Part shown: positions 8,840-18,592 of the stretch, one piece after another
How positions within the stretch are numbered: the stretch's first letter is position 1
How the letters are laid out: each line of letters starts with the position of its first letter
From: Candidatus Nealsonbacteria bacterium
Lineage (GTDB): Bacteria; Patescibacteriota; Minisyncoccia; Minisyncoccales; PWPS01
NCBI GenBank assembly: GCA_003560665.1
Contig: PWKK01000029.1
Span: 1 to 42,917, forward strand
Direction of reading: 5' to 3'
Length of the DNA: 42,917 bases
Program-made: the position numbers and the translations under genes
Notes under the pieces: generated by a model
Seen by the model: the letters and a program-made list of their open reading frames with translations, nothing else
The model's database searches: none
What the model was told of the DNA's origin: nothing

Positions 8840-9625
8840 ATGAAAAAATTAGCGTCAATTTTTGTAATACTCTTTCTTCTTGTTTCTGTGGGGATTATCT
8901 TTTCTTCCCTACGGGAAATAACGGAGATGGAAAAAACGACTGAATACGTGCAAAAAGGAGAGGCGATAAGAGTTTTAGAAGGAGAAGATGTTTTCTTTGA
9001 GTATTCGATAGAGGAGTTTAGAGAGTGGGCAAAAGAAAATTGGGACGACATCTTCGAAACGCCCCCTTCATTTGGAGAAGTAAGAAAAGTAGATCCTGAA
9101 AACTTTTACCGGTTTGATGATAACGCTGCAATTTCTCCTCATTCTAACTTTTTGGCACTTTCTGTTAACGATTACGCCGTAGCAACCAGTATTTCCTTTA
9201 TTATAGTAATTGATCTCAACAGTGAGGAAGTGAGTTTGGTTGGTAAAGAAAATATGGGGGGAGTGCAAAGCTTGCACTGGTCTCCCGATGAAAATTATAT
9301 CGCTTACATTCTCGATACCGCCAGAGCACAAGGGGATTATCTTTCGGTTGACAATAGAGAGAACATGAAAAAAGAATTTACGCTTTCAGGAGAAGATATC
9401 TCTAACGCTCTCACCGAGAATGGTGATGGGGAAGACGGCGCATCACATCTTCATTTTATTCCGCTTTTCAGGGAGGTTGAGTGGAGAGAGGAACTTAACA
9501 GATTAAAATTTATAACCAACGGCTATACTGAAGGTTGTGATGGTGTAAGATGGAGCATTGATCCTCAGGGGAGGGACTTAAAGATGGAGGAAAAAATCAA
9601 AAAAAATACAGAAGAAAAACAATAA
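8840..9625 (+). CDS. Membrane-anchored acidic extracellular protein with TolB/WD40-like beta-propeller repeats
   Basis: N-terminal TM segment; AAISPHSNFLAL and LHWSPDENYIAY blade-like motifs. Confidence 0.55.
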   Translation: MKKLASIFVILFLLVSVGIIFSSLREITEMEKTTEYVQKGEAIRVLEGEDVFFEYSIEEFREWAKENWDDIFETPPSFGEVRKVDPENFYRFDDNAAISPHSNFLALSVNDYAVATSISFIIVIDLNSEEVSLVGKENMGGVQSLHWSPDENYIAYILDTARAQGDYLSVDNRENMKKEFTLSGEDISNALTENGDGEDGASHLHFIPLFREVEWREELNRLKFITNGYTEGCDGVRWSIDPQGRDLKMEEKIKKNTEEKQ

Positions 9626-9627
9626 AT

Positions 9628-10158
9628 ATGGAAGGCAAAGAAATTAGAATTAAAAAGTTTTCCACGCAAGACAAAAAAAGGGTAAAAGCTTTCTTGGATT
9701 TTAACCATTACGTGACAGAAGAGGAGCTGATGCTTGCGGAAAACAGAAGAAGAACGCCAAAAGAAGAGGAAAGGCGCTTGGAAAGAATATTGAAAGCGAC
9801 TAACAGAAAAGAAGAAGCTCTTTTGTTTGTTGAAGATGAAGAGAAAATTGTCGGAACAGTAAAAGTTAGTTTACGCACTGGCGCAAGAAGTCACGTGGCG
9901 GAAGTAAGTAGTCTTATAATCCGAAAAGATTATCGAAGAATGGGTTTGGGGAAAAGGTTGATGACCGAGGTAATCGCCACGGCGAAAAAAGAACTGAAAA
10001 GAAAACCAAAGATTCTTCGGTTAAGTGTTTTTGCAGTGAATGAACCGGCGATAAAACTTTACACCAAGTTCGGCTTTAATGCTGTAGCCAGCATCCCCAA
10101 ACAACTCCAGTACAAGAAAAAAATGGTAGACGAAACGATAATGATAAAGATAATTTAA
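9628..10158 (+). CDS. GNAT family N-acetyltransferase
   Basis: IRKDYRRMGLGKRLM (acetyl-CoA motif A) and LSVFAVNEPAIKLYTKFGF. Confidence 0.9.
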   Translation: MEGKEIRIKKFSTQDKKRVKAFLDFNHYVTEEELMLAENRRRTPKEEERRLERILKATNRKEEALLFVEDEEKIVGTVKVSLRTGARSHVAEVSSLIIRKDYRRMGLGKRLMTEVIATAKKELKRKPKILRLSVFAVNEPAIKLYTKFGFNAVASIPKQLQYKKKMVDETIMIKII

Positions 10159-10187
10159 AATTTGCTTTAAAATTTCTTTAAGATATA

Positions 10188-10805
10188 ATGGACGAAGAAA
10201 TAAAAACGTATTGCTTTGATTTTGACGGTACAATCGCCGATACCATTCCACTGATTATCAAAACATTGGATTCTCTTTTAAAGAAAAGTGGGGAAGAAGA
10301 GATAAGCGATACTTTTTTAAGGAAAATAAGGGACGAGGGGGTAGAAGAAGTTTTTCGTGAAATAAAAGTTCCGCTTTACAAGTTGTTTTTTTTATACATA
10401 AAAATAAAAAAAGAAATGAATAGCGGGGTGGTTGATGTTGCTGTTAATCCGGAAATAAAAGAAGTATTGAGGGAGTTAAAGAGCAGGGGAATTGTGCTCG
10501 GTATTTTAACTTCAAATTCTGAAAAGAATGTGCTAGACTTTCTCAAGCGTAATGATTTAAATTTTTTTGACTTTGTAATAACTTCAGGGGTACTGGGGAA
10601 AGAGAGATCAATTAAAAAACTAAAAAGAAAAGGAGGGATTTTTGTCTATATCGGCGATGAAACGAGGGATATAAAAGCAGGCAAAAGGGCAAGAGTAAAG
10701 ACGGTTGCCGTCCCGTGGGGACTTAGCTCAAAAAGAGCACTGCTTAAATCAAGACCGGATGTTTTAATTGAAAAACCAGGCGACATTTTGGAAATCTCCT
10801 TTTAG
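10188..10805 (+). CDS. HAD-IA hydrolase (phosphoglycolate phosphatase-like)
   Basis: FDFDGTIADT, GILTSN, YIGDETRDI, AVPWG. Confidence 0.9.
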   Translation: MDEEIKTYCFDFDGTIADTIPLIIKTLDSLLKKSGEEEISDTFLRKIRDEGVEEVFREIKVPLYKLFFLYIKIKKEMNSGVVDVAVNPEIKEVLRELKSRGIVLGILTSNSEKNVLDFLKRNDLNFFDFVITSGVLGKERSIKKLKRKGGIFVYIGDETRDIKAGKRARVKTVAVPWGLSSKRALLKSRPDVLIEKPGDILEISF

Positions 10806-10831
10806 ATTTTTTTCTTTTCGTAATATATATT

Positions 10832-12040
10832 ATGAATAAAAAGGTGCTAATGTTCGGTTGGGAATTTCCGCCCCATAACAGCGGGGGACTTGGAGTCGCT
10901 TGCTACGGACTTTCAAAGGCAATATCCAAGACTGGAACGAAGATAATCTTTGTTCTCCCGAAAAAATTAAAAGGCATCAAGAGCAGTTTTTTGAAAATAG
11001 TTAGCCCGGGGACAACATACAAAACCTCTTATTATTTTAATTCGTCTATTTATCCTTACGCAACATCATCAACATCACAAAAAGCGACATCAGACTTTTT
11101 TAAATTTGCAGACATTAAGGGAAACAGCTTAGTTGAAGAAGTTTTACGTTACGCCTCTTTTGGAGGAGAAGTGGCAAAAAAAGAAAAGTTTGATGTTATT
11201 CATGCACATGACTGGCTTTCTTTTGGAGCCGGGTTACAGGCAAAAAAAGAAAGCGGAAAGCCACTTGTCGCCCACGTGCACGCAACTGAATTTGATCGGG
11301 GAGGGGGAACGGGTATCAACCCCTTTGTTTATCGACTAGAGAGAAAAGGAATGGAGGGTGCAGATAAGGTGATTGCGGTCAGTAATTTTACTAAAGAATT
11401 AATCGTGAAGCACTACGGAATCTCTCCGGAAAAAGTTGAGGTAGTGCATAACGGAATTGATTTTACAGAAAAAGAAGAACTTTCGGAAAATATTCACAAA
11501 GTAAAAGAGGCGGGAAAGAAAATTGTTTTGTTTGTTGGTCGTCTTACTCTTCAAAAAGGACCTGATTACTTTATTAAGGCGGCAAAAAGAATTTGTGATT
11601 TTTCAGAAGATATCTATTTCGTTATTTCTGGGTCGGGTGACATGGAGTACCAACTGATAGAAGAAGTTGCTAGAATGGGTATCTCCGATAAAGTTCTTTT
11701 CACAGGGTTTTTAAGAGAGAAGGGGTTAAGTGAAATTTACCGCACAGCAGACTTGTTTGTGATGCCGTCGGTTTCGGAACCTTTTGGAATAACTCCACTT
11801 GAGTCATTAATAAATGGCACGCCTGTTCTTATATCAAACCAGTCAGGGGTTTCGGAGGTTATAACCCATGCCTTAAAAGTTGACTTCTGGGATGTTGACG
11901 ATATGGCCGGAAAAATTTTGGCGACACTAAATTACGGTTCACTTTCTGATTGTCTTGTTGAAAATGGAAGGAAGGAAGCGGAAAAACTGACGTGGGACAG
12001 TGCGGCGGAAAAATGCATTAGTATATATAATAACGTATAG
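10832..12040 (+). CDS. GT4 glycosyltransferase (alpha-glucan synthesis cluster type)
   Basis: MFGWEFPPHNSGGLG, IHAHDW, HVHATE, FVGRLTLQKG, MPSVSEPFGITPLE. Confidence 0.92.
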   Translation: MNKKVLMFGWEFPPHNSGGLGVACYGLSKAISKTGTKIIFVLPKKLKGIKSSFLKIVSPGTTYKTSYYFNSSIYPYATSSTSQKATSDFFKFADIKGNSLVEEVLRYASFGGEVAKKEKFDVIHAHDWLSFGAGLQAKKESGKPLVAHVHATEFDRGGGTGINPFVYRLERKGMEGADKVIAVSNFTKELIVKHYGISPEKVEVVHNGIDFTEKEELSENIHKVKEAGKKIVLFVGRLTLQKGPDYFIKAAKRICDFSEDIYFVISGSGDMEYQLIEEVARMGISDKVLFTGFLREKGLSEIYRTADLFVMPSVSEPFGITPLESLINGTPVLISNQSGVSEVITHALKVDFWDVDDMAGKILATLNYGSLSDCLVENGRKEAEKLTWDSAAEKCISIYNNV

Positions 12041-12060
12041 AATTAAATTCTATCTAATCT

Positions 12061-13281
12061 ATGCCATCAGTCTGTTTTTACTTCCAAGTTCATCAACCGT
12101 ACAGAATAAAGAAATATACCTTTTTTGATATAGGAAAAGACTCTTCATACTTTGAAGGAGAAGGAGAGAACAACCTAAACAATCGCTTTGTAATGGAGAA
12201 GGTTGCGAGAAAGTGTTATCTTCCAACCAATAAAATGCTTTTTAATCTTCTTAAAAAGCATCCCGAACTACGTTTTACATTTTCTTTTTCGGGAACAGTT
12301 TTGGAGCAGATGGAGAGATATACTCCGAAGGTGCTAGATTCTTTTCGAGACCTTGTGAGTACCGGAAGAGTGGAAGTTCTTGCAGAAACATATTATCACT
12401 CGCTTTCTTTTTTGTATTCAAAAGAAGAGTTTAGAAAGCAAGTTTCAATGAGTAGGGAAAAAATAAAAGAGTTGTTTGCGGTAGAACCGAGAGTGTTTCG
12501 TTGTACAGAGCTTGCTTACAGCAACGAAATTGCCAAAGAGGCCGAAGAGATGGGTTTTGAAGGTATTCTGGGAGAAGGAGTGGATCACATTTTAGGGTGG
12601 AGAAATCCGAATTTTCTTTATAAGCCGAAAGGGTCAAGTATTGGTCTTTTTTTAAAAAACTACCGTCTTTCCGACGATATTGCGTTTCGTTTTTCCGAAA
12701 GAAGTTGGAAAGAACACCCTTTGACTGCCGAAAAGTTTGCTCGCTGGGTGTCCGATGTTAACGGAAACGGAGAGATAATAAATCTTTTTATGGATTACGA
12801 AACATTCGGAGAACACCAGTGGGAAGAAACAGGTATCTTTAACTTTTTAGAAGTGCTTCCCGAAAAAATATTGGAAAATCAAGATAATAATTTTTCTACT
12901 CTTTCAGAGAGCATTGATCGTTATCAGACAAGAGACGAGGTAGATGTTCCTTATATCACTTCTTGGGCAGACACCGAACGTGACCTTTCAGCGTGGGTGG
13001 GAAATGACATGCAGAAAGACGCATTAAAGAAACTCTACGATTTAGAGAGAGATGTTGTTTCCGTGGGTGATGAAGAGATGATTGATTGTTGGAGGAAATT
13101 TCAAACGTCGGATCAAGTTTATTATATGAGTACTAAGGGAATGGGAGACGGAACGGTTCACAATTATTTTAATCCTTATGGTTCTCATTACGATGCTTTT
13201 ATCTATTTTACAAATGCACTCAGTGATTTTAAGCTAAAATTAGAAGAGAAAAAAACAAACAAGGATTTTAGTAAATCATAA
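12061..13281 (+). CDS. GH57 alpha-amylase family protein
   Basis: FQVHQP, ETYYHSL, FRCTELAY (nucleophile Glu), FMDYETFGEH (acid/base Asp), SWADTERD. Confidence 0.92.
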   Translation: MPSVCFYFQVHQPYRIKKYTFFDIGKDSSYFEGEGENNLNNRFVMEKVARKCYLPTNKMLFNLLKKHPELRFTFSFSGTVLEQMERYTPKVLDSFRDLVSTGRVEVLAETYYHSLSFLYSKEEFRKQVSMSREKIKELFAVEPRVFRCTELAYSNEIAKEAEEMGFEGILGEGVDHILGWRNPNFLYKPKGSSIGLFLKNYRLSDDIAFRFSERSWKEHPLTAEKFARWVSDVNGNGEIINLFMDYETFGEHQWEETGIFNFLEVLPEKILENQDNNFSTLSESIDRYQTRDEVDVPYITSWADTERDLSAWVGNDMQKDALKKLYDLERDVVSVGDEEMIDCWRKFQTSDQVYYMSTKGMGDGTVHNYFNPYGSHYDAFIYFTNALSDFKLKLEEKKTNKDFSKS

Positions 13282-13292
13282 TTTAATTCTAT

Positions 13293-15089
13293 ATGGAAAT
13301 TCCAAAGGAGAACAATCCACAGTGTGACAAGTTATTCGAGGTTTCTTTTGAGGCCTGTAACCGGGTGGGTGGGATTTACCGTGTTCTGGAGTCAAAAGCC
13401 GACAAAATGATACACCACTACGGTGACAAGTATTTTCTCATCGGTCCCTATTACCGAGACAAAGCACGTGGGGAGTTCAAGGAAGAAGCAGCTCCTCCAA
13501 AAATGAGAAAAGTTTTTTATAACTTGCAAAATGAAGGGATAAGGTGTCACTACGGGAAGTGGCTTATAAAAGGAAAGCCGACCGCGATTCTCATCGATTT
13601 TAGTGATTTTTTCTATAAGGCAGATGAAATCAAGAAAGAGATGTGGGATGAATTCGGTGTTGATTCACTAGATACTGGTTACGACTTTAACGAACCTGTT
13701 GTTTGGTCCTATGCAGCCGGGAGACTCATTAGAGAGCTTGATTCTGAATACAAGGAAGAAAAAACAGTGGCACATTTTCACGAGTGGCTTTCAGGGGCGG
13801 GTTTACTGTATTTGAAATCCAAAAAGGCGGGAGTAAGAACAGTATTTACAACCCATGCGACAACTTTAGGCAGAACCCTTGCTTTCCATAGTATTAATTT
13901 TTACAACCTGCTCGATAAATTAGATCCTGAAGAAGAAGTACGTAAGTACGGCGTTCTTGCAAAGCACTCAATAGAAAAAGCATCGGCGAAAGCGTGTGAT
14001 GTTTTTACAACGGTAAGTGAAATTACGGGGATGGAAGCGGAAAAGTTTTTGGAAAGAAAACCGGATGTTTATCTCCCCAACGGATTAGATATAGAAAAAT
14101 TTTTGAGCTTTGAAGATATTGTTGTAAAACACCGTCTGCAAAGAAAAAGATTAAGAGAGTTTGTTGCTTCATACTTTTTCCCTTATTACAAGTTTGATTT
14201 AGAAGAGACACTTTTTTACTTTATTATTGGAAGAAATGAGCTGCGGGCAAAGGGAATTGATGTTTTTATTAATTCTCTCGGTAAGCTAAACCGTAAGATG
14301 AAAGAGGAAGATAGCAACCGTACAATTGTTGCGTTTTTATTTATCCCGGCGGATGTAAGAGGAATCAATCCATCTCTTCTAGAAAATGTTGAATATTTTC
14401 GCGATTTTCAGGACTCTGTAGAAGGAACTCTTCCTGAAATAGAGGAAAGAATTTTTTACAATATTCTACGTGAGAAAAAACTAACAAAGGAAAGTCTTAT
14501 TAGCGAAGACTACCTGTTGGATATCGAAAAAAAACTACACCGTATGAAGAGGGGCGGAGAAAACCCTTCTCTCTCCACACATCACCTAAACTCTCTTCAT
14601 GACGAGATAATCAACCATCTAAAAGAAGCTGGTCTTTCAAACAGAGAAGATGACAGAGTAAAAGTAATTTACTACCCGGTCTATTTAACAGGACACGACG
14701 GTCTTTCCAATCTTAGTTATGAAGAAGCACTTGAGGCTTGTCATATGGGTGTTTTTCCAAGTTTTTACGAACCGTGGGGCTATACTCCCCTTGAGGCTGC
14801 TGCTTTGGGAGTTTCCTCGGTTACGACAGACTTGGCCGGTTTTGGCCGGTTTTGTACGGGCCTCAAGGCAAAGAAAGAAAGACCTGGAATTTATGTGCTG
14901 GAAAGAGAAAAACACAGTGATGAAGATGTCGCTGAGGATCTGTACTCCTTTTTGCACAAGTTTACGAAAACATCGAGAAGAGAACGAGTTGAGAATAAAA
15001 TCGAGGCAAGAAAAATTGCGGCAAAAGCGGACTGGAGAATTTTTGTTCATAACTATATAGAAGCACACAATAAGGCACTGGACTCATAA
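13293..15089 (+). CDS. GT3 (eukaryote-type) glycogen synthase
   Basis: FEVSFEACNRVGGIY, AHFHEW, FTTHATTLGR, TTVSEIT, PNGL, VFPSFYEPWGYTPLEA (EX7E). Confidence 0.9.
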   Translation: MEIPKENNPQCDKLFEVSFEACNRVGGIYRVLESKADKMIHHYGDKYFLIGPYYRDKARGEFKEEAAPPKMRKVFYNLQNEGIRCHYGKWLIKGKPTAILIDFSDFFYKADEIKKEMWDEFGVDSLDTGYDFNEPVVWSYAAGRLIRELDSEYKEEKTVAHFHEWLSGAGLLYLKSKKAGVRTVFTTHATTLGRTLAFHSINFYNLLDKLDPEEEVRKYGVLAKHSIEKASAKACDVFTTVSEITGMEAEKFLERKPDVYLPNGLDIEKFLSFEDIVVKHRLQRKRLREFVASYFFPYYKFDLEETLFYFIIGRNELRAKGIDVFINSLGKLNRKMKEEDSNRTIVAFLFIPADVRGINPSLLENVEYFRDFQDSVEGTLPEIEERIFYNILREKKLTKESLISEDYLLDIEKKLHRMKRGGENPSLSTHHLNSLHDEIINHLKEAGLSNREDDRVKVIYYPVYLTGHDGLSNLSYEEALEACHMGVFPSFYEPWGYTPLEAAALGVSSVTTDLAGFGRFCTGLKAKKERPGIYVLEREKHSDEDVAEDLYSFLHKFTKTSRRERVENKIEARKIAAKADWRIFVHNYIEAHNKALDS

Positions 15090-15091
15090 TT

Positions 15092-16771
15092 ATGAAGATT
15101 ACGCATCACCTAGGACAAAACAAAAGAATAAGTGAAGAAGCAGATGCGGATAGCTTTTTGGTTTCTAACAAAAAAGGGGATTATCTTTGGATGCACGAAT
15201 ATCCTAAAAGTCGGTACGAAGGATGGTTTTGTCGACTAAATGAAAAAGTTTATCGAACTATTGAAGGATTAGAGGTAGAGGATGGAGGAGAGGTTCTAGA
15301 GATTCAAAACGGTTTCAATTACGTTGAACGAAGAAGAGAAAACATTGAAGAATTATTTTATCTTTCTGACTTCTCTCACGGATTCGTCTATGAATTGAAT
15401 GAAAAAAAGAGAGTTAATGTTTTTTTTGACGTAAAGGAGTCTTACTCCCCGGCAGACACAAAGGAGTACAGCTTTGAAAAGGAAGGAGAGTTTTTGATTA
15501 TAGATTTTTCCGAACTAACTATGGCTATTAGATGTGAAGATGGGGAAAATGTAAAGGAGATTATAAAAAGACACTACTCTTATGACGAAAAAAGAGGCTC
15601 TCATCCTTTTTACAGAGACATTTACAAGGGGGTTTCTATCTATGGTCAAAAATTTGTTTTTGCGGTTGCCGAGAGTAAAAGTGAAGCGCTAGAAGAGGTA
15701 AAGAAGATTTTTCTAAAAAGTGTCTTTAAAGAAGAAAAAGAAATTGATGTTCTTTGTGCAAAAAGAGCGCTTGCCGGTCTTCTGGTTCCCGAAGAAAAAG
15801 GATGTTATGCGGGATTGCCGTGGTTTTTTCAGTTTTGGCCGAGAGACGCGGCAATTTCTTTGAAATCAATAATTTCTATTGACGCAGAAATTGGGAAAGA
15901 TATTTTTTTTCGCCTTCTTGAAGAAGGGCTAAGAAAAGGTCCTCGAGGGCCGATTAACATTGATGCTGCCGGATGGACATTTAAAAGAGTCGAGGACGTC
16001 TTGCCTTTGATTGATGTTGGAGAGAGAGAAAAAATCAGGAGAAGCTTAAAAAAACACATGGAAGATTTTCTTTGGTCGTTTACAGAGGATGGCCTTACAA
16101 TCAACAAGCCTAACGAAACGTGGATGGATAGCCTGGACCGTAGCGGAGCAAGAATTGAATTGCAAGCGATGAAGTTGAATATGTATAAGACGGCATTTCT
16201 CTTGGCAAAAAACAGAGGAGAAAAAGTTTTTTATAAAAAAATGGAAGAAGAAATGAGAAAAAGAGTGCGTGAAGTTTTCTTTGAAGGAGAAAACTTGTAT
16301 GATGGTTACTACCCGAGAAAAGAAGTTCCCGATAAAACAGTTCGACCGAATATATTTATAGCGGCTTATATTTATCCGGAAATGTTATCAAAAAAAGAGT
16401 GGATTGACTGTTTTGATAAAAGTCTCGCTAAGCTTTGGCTTCCGTGGGGAGGAGTTGCAACGTTAGAAAGAGAAAGTGCGAACTTTTACGATGAGCATAC
16501 TGGCGAAAATGCAAGAAGCTATCATCAGGGAGACAGTTGGTTTTATTTAAATAATCTTATAGCCCTCGTTCTTTATCGTTTTGACAAAAAAAGGTTTGCT
16601 CGTTACATAGGAGGGATAATGGAAGCAAGTAAAAGAGAGATACTCTGGAAAGGGGCTGCTGGGCATCACGGAGAAATCAGTTCGGCAAAAGAATTGAGAA
16701 GCGAGGGGTGTGTCACTCAAGCATGGAGCTCCGCAATGTACTTGGAAGCAAAAAATGAAATAGGGCTGTAG
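15092..16771 (+). CDS. Amylo-alpha-1,6-glucosidase (glycogen debranching enzyme family)
   Basis: AGLPWFFQFWPRD, IDAAGW, TWMD, VRPN, YHQGDSW, QAWS. Confidence 0.88.
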   Translation: MKITHHLGQNKRISEEADADSFLVSNKKGDYLWMHEYPKSRYEGWFCRLNEKVYRTIEGLEVEDGGEVLEIQNGFNYVERRRENIEELFYLSDFSHGFVYELNEKKRVNVFFDVKESYSPADTKEYSFEKEGEFLIIDFSELTMAIRCEDGENVKEIIKRHYSYDEKRGSHPFYRDIYKGVSIYGQKFVFAVAESKSEALEEVKKIFLKSVFKEEKEIDVLCAKRALAGLLVPEEKGCYAGLPWFFQFWPRDAAISLKSIISIDAEIGKDIFFRLLEEGLRKGPRGPINIDAAGWTFKRVEDVLPLIDVGEREKIRRSLKKHMEDFLWSFTEDGLTINKPNETWMDSLDRSGARIELQAMKLNMYKTAFLLAKNRGEKVFYKKMEEEMRKRVREVFFEGENLYDGYYPRKEVPDKTVRPNIFIAAYIYPEMLSKKEWIDCFDKSLAKLWLPWGGVATLERESANFYDEHTGENARSYHQGDSWFYLNNLIALVLYRFDKKRFARYIGGIMEASKREILWKGAAGHHGEISSAKELRSEGCVTQAWSSAMYLEAKNEIGL

Positions 16772-16797
16772 ATACGTTTTTTATTCAATTCCCGAAA

Positions 16798-18051
16798 TTA
16801 AATCTTTTCCAACAACTCCTTGATAGTTTTCATTTTTTTACTTTTCAGATCATTTTCAGTTATTTTTTGTGAGATGTGCAAAGCCGCCAAAGGCTTTGTT
16901 TCTTTTTTCTTATAACGAAGAGGATAGGTGTGCTCCAAATCTCTTTCTAAAACAAAAATTTCTTTTTCCTTAAGGGCCTCTTTTTTCTCCTTTAAGGATG
17001 TTTTTCGCTTAAATTTGGGAAATTTTCTTACTCTTTGCAAGGAAGTAGAGTTTAAGGCATCGTTGTCGAGCATTATCGCATAAGGGATATTGAATATTTC
17101 ACAAAGTTCGGCATAAATATCAACGGAACCCTTTCCACTTGTGTAGACAACCTTGATGTCGGTTTCTTTTTTGTAAAAACGGTTGATCATTTCACGCATA
17201 AAAATAGCATCTGAAACTCCTTCAACCAAAAGCGCTTTGCTCGCAAAAAGTATTCCCGAGTTGTCGTCATTTATTTCTTGAACAAAGCGACTAAGATCTA
17301 AGTTTTTACCGTTAAATCCGTAGAGTGCAGTACTGTTGTTTTTATTTCGAGTGATTCTCCAAACGTAAGGAAGGTATCTTGCTTGAACAAAAGAAGGGTG
17401 GTGAGTGGTAAAGAGAACTTGATTACCGAATCGACCTTCTTTCAATATACGTAGAAATTTTTTGATAATTGAGGGATGAAGGTGAGTTTCCGGTTCATCG
17501 ATAAGAATGATTTTATAGTTCGGATGAAAGATATAGAAGAGGATTACGAAGAGACGCTTAAAGCCTTCACCCATTCTCTTGACCGAACGGCTTTTTTGAT
17601 CTGCTTGAACATTGTGAAGAAAAAGCTCTTCGTTTATCTCAATTCCCGTAAAATATTTTTCCAGGGCTTGGGAGAAATTAAGGTATTCTTCGGGAAAAGA
17701 AGTTTTAAAAAACTTAAGCTCTTTTACTACCGAAAAATAATCAACTTTGTCGTTAATACGGATAAAATTCTTTTGCGCATCTATCTGTGAGTGATTTGAC
17801 AACTTTCCGCCCTTAAGGTTAATGACGTGTTTTTCCTCATTGTCGGTAAGAGTGATTTTTATATCAGCATTCTTGTCAAAAAATCTTTCCTCTTCCACGT
17901 TTTTGTCAAAAAAAATGTGGATGGCGTCAAGAATGTTTGTTTTTCCGGCGTTGTTTGGACCAACTAGAATATGAAACTCGGAAAAGTCTCGCAAGTGAAT
18001 AGGGTCCTTGATGCTTTTGTAGTGATTAATGATGACTTCTTCAATTTTCAT
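16798..18051 (-). CDS. OLD-family ATP-dependent nuclease (ABC ATPase + TOPRIM), compact
   Basis: MKIEEVIINHYKSI, Walker A GPNNAGKT, MGEG signature, IILIDEPETHLHP, TTHHP; TOPRIM LLVEGVSD and DND. Start moved to ATG 18051. Confidence 0.85.
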   Translation of the reverse strand: MKIEEVIINHYKSIKDPIHLRDFSEFHILVGPNNAGKTNILDAIHIFFDKNVEEERFFDKNADIKITLTDNEEKHVINLKGGKLSNHSQIDAQKNFIRINDKVDYFSVVKELKFFKTSFPEEYLNFSQALEKYFTGIEINEELFLHNVQADQKSRSVKRMGEGFKRLFVILFYIFHPNYKIILIDEPETHLHPSIIKKFLRILKEGRFGNQVLFTTHHPSFVQARYLPYVWRITRNKNNSTALYGFNGKNLDLSRFVQEINDDNSGILFASKALLVEGVSDAIFMREMINRFYKKETDIKVVYTSGKGSVDIYAELCEIFNIPYAIMLDNDALNSTSLQRVRKFPKFKRKTSLKEKKEALKEKEIFVLERDLEHTYPLRYKKKETKPLAALHISQKITENDLKSKKMKTIKELLEKI

Positions 18052-18057
18052 ACTGCC

Positions 18058-18086
18058 ATTATAATCAAACATTTATTAAATGACAA
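18058..18086 (-). promoter_or_regulatory. Sigma70 promoter of the OLD gene, probably giving a leaderless mRNA
   Basis: Minus strand TTGTCA-17 nt-TATAAT-6 nt-ATG. Confidence 0.65.
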
Positions 18087-18157
18087 ATAGAAGCAGTTGC
18101 TCGTGTCTTCCTTTTTTCTATTTTTGTTCATTTTTTTGTTATTTTCCGCCTTAGGGG

Positions 18158-18207
18158 TTGCATAATTTCAATAATTAACTATAATGCTTGTAGGTTTTAA
18201 AAGGTCG
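18158..18207 (+). promoter_or_regulatory. Promoter plus AAAAGGTCG leader motif, copy 2
   Basis: TTGCAT(18158)-16 nt-TATAAT(18180); motif at 18199-18207, 24 nt before ATG 18232. Confidence 0.6.
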
Positions 18208-18231
18208 ATTTACACATTAAATAAAACAGAT

Positions 18232-18480
18232 ATGGACACTAAAAAGATACTTATCGTCATTGCGATAGTTTTGGCTGTAGTAGTAGTGGTTGCTGCTTTC
18301 TCCTTGATGGATGAACCTACCGAGCTTCCTGAAGATATAGATCTCATCGATGATGAAGACCCGTTTGTAGATGATGATGACTTTTTCGATGATTTTGAGG
18401 AAGACGACGAAGATGAAGACGACGAAGATGAAGACGACGAAGATGAAGACGACGAAGAAGAAGAAGAGATAGAAGAATAA
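18232..18480 (+). CDS. Small single-pass membrane protein with poly-Asp/Glu tail
   Basis: MDTKK, a hydrophobic helix, then a D/E-dominated tail; own promoter and terminator. The ORF-track ATG 18184 overlaps the -10 box. Confidence 0.75.
   Translation: MDTKKILIVIAIVLAVVVVVAAFSLMDEPTELPEDIDLIDDEDPFVDDDDFFDDFEEDDEDEDDEDEDDEDEDDEEEEEIEE
18400..18458 (+). repeat. In-frame 15-bp tandem repeat GAAGACGACGAAGAT (3 copies plus 14/15)
   Basis: Units start at 18400, 18415, 18430 and 18445 and encode EDDED. Confidence 0.9.
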
Positions 18481-18504
18481 AACCAATTTATTTTGAAAGA
18501 TTAG

Positions 18505-18551
18505 AGAGCCCTTTTGCATGCTCTTAGAGCGTAAAAGGGCTTTTGTTTTTT
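18505..18551 (+). terminator. Intrinsic terminator
   Basis: GCCCTTTT...GCTC-TTA-GAGC...AAAAGGGC stem followed by TTTTGTTTTTT. Confidence 0.7.
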
Positions 18552-18592
18552 ATCTAAATATGGTATTCTCGTTGGTAGAGATTGGCAGAGAA

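Noticed and set aside
18400-18458. Tandem repeat as a CRISPR array
   Set aside because: 15-bp units with no spacers, in frame within a CDS, and no cas genes.
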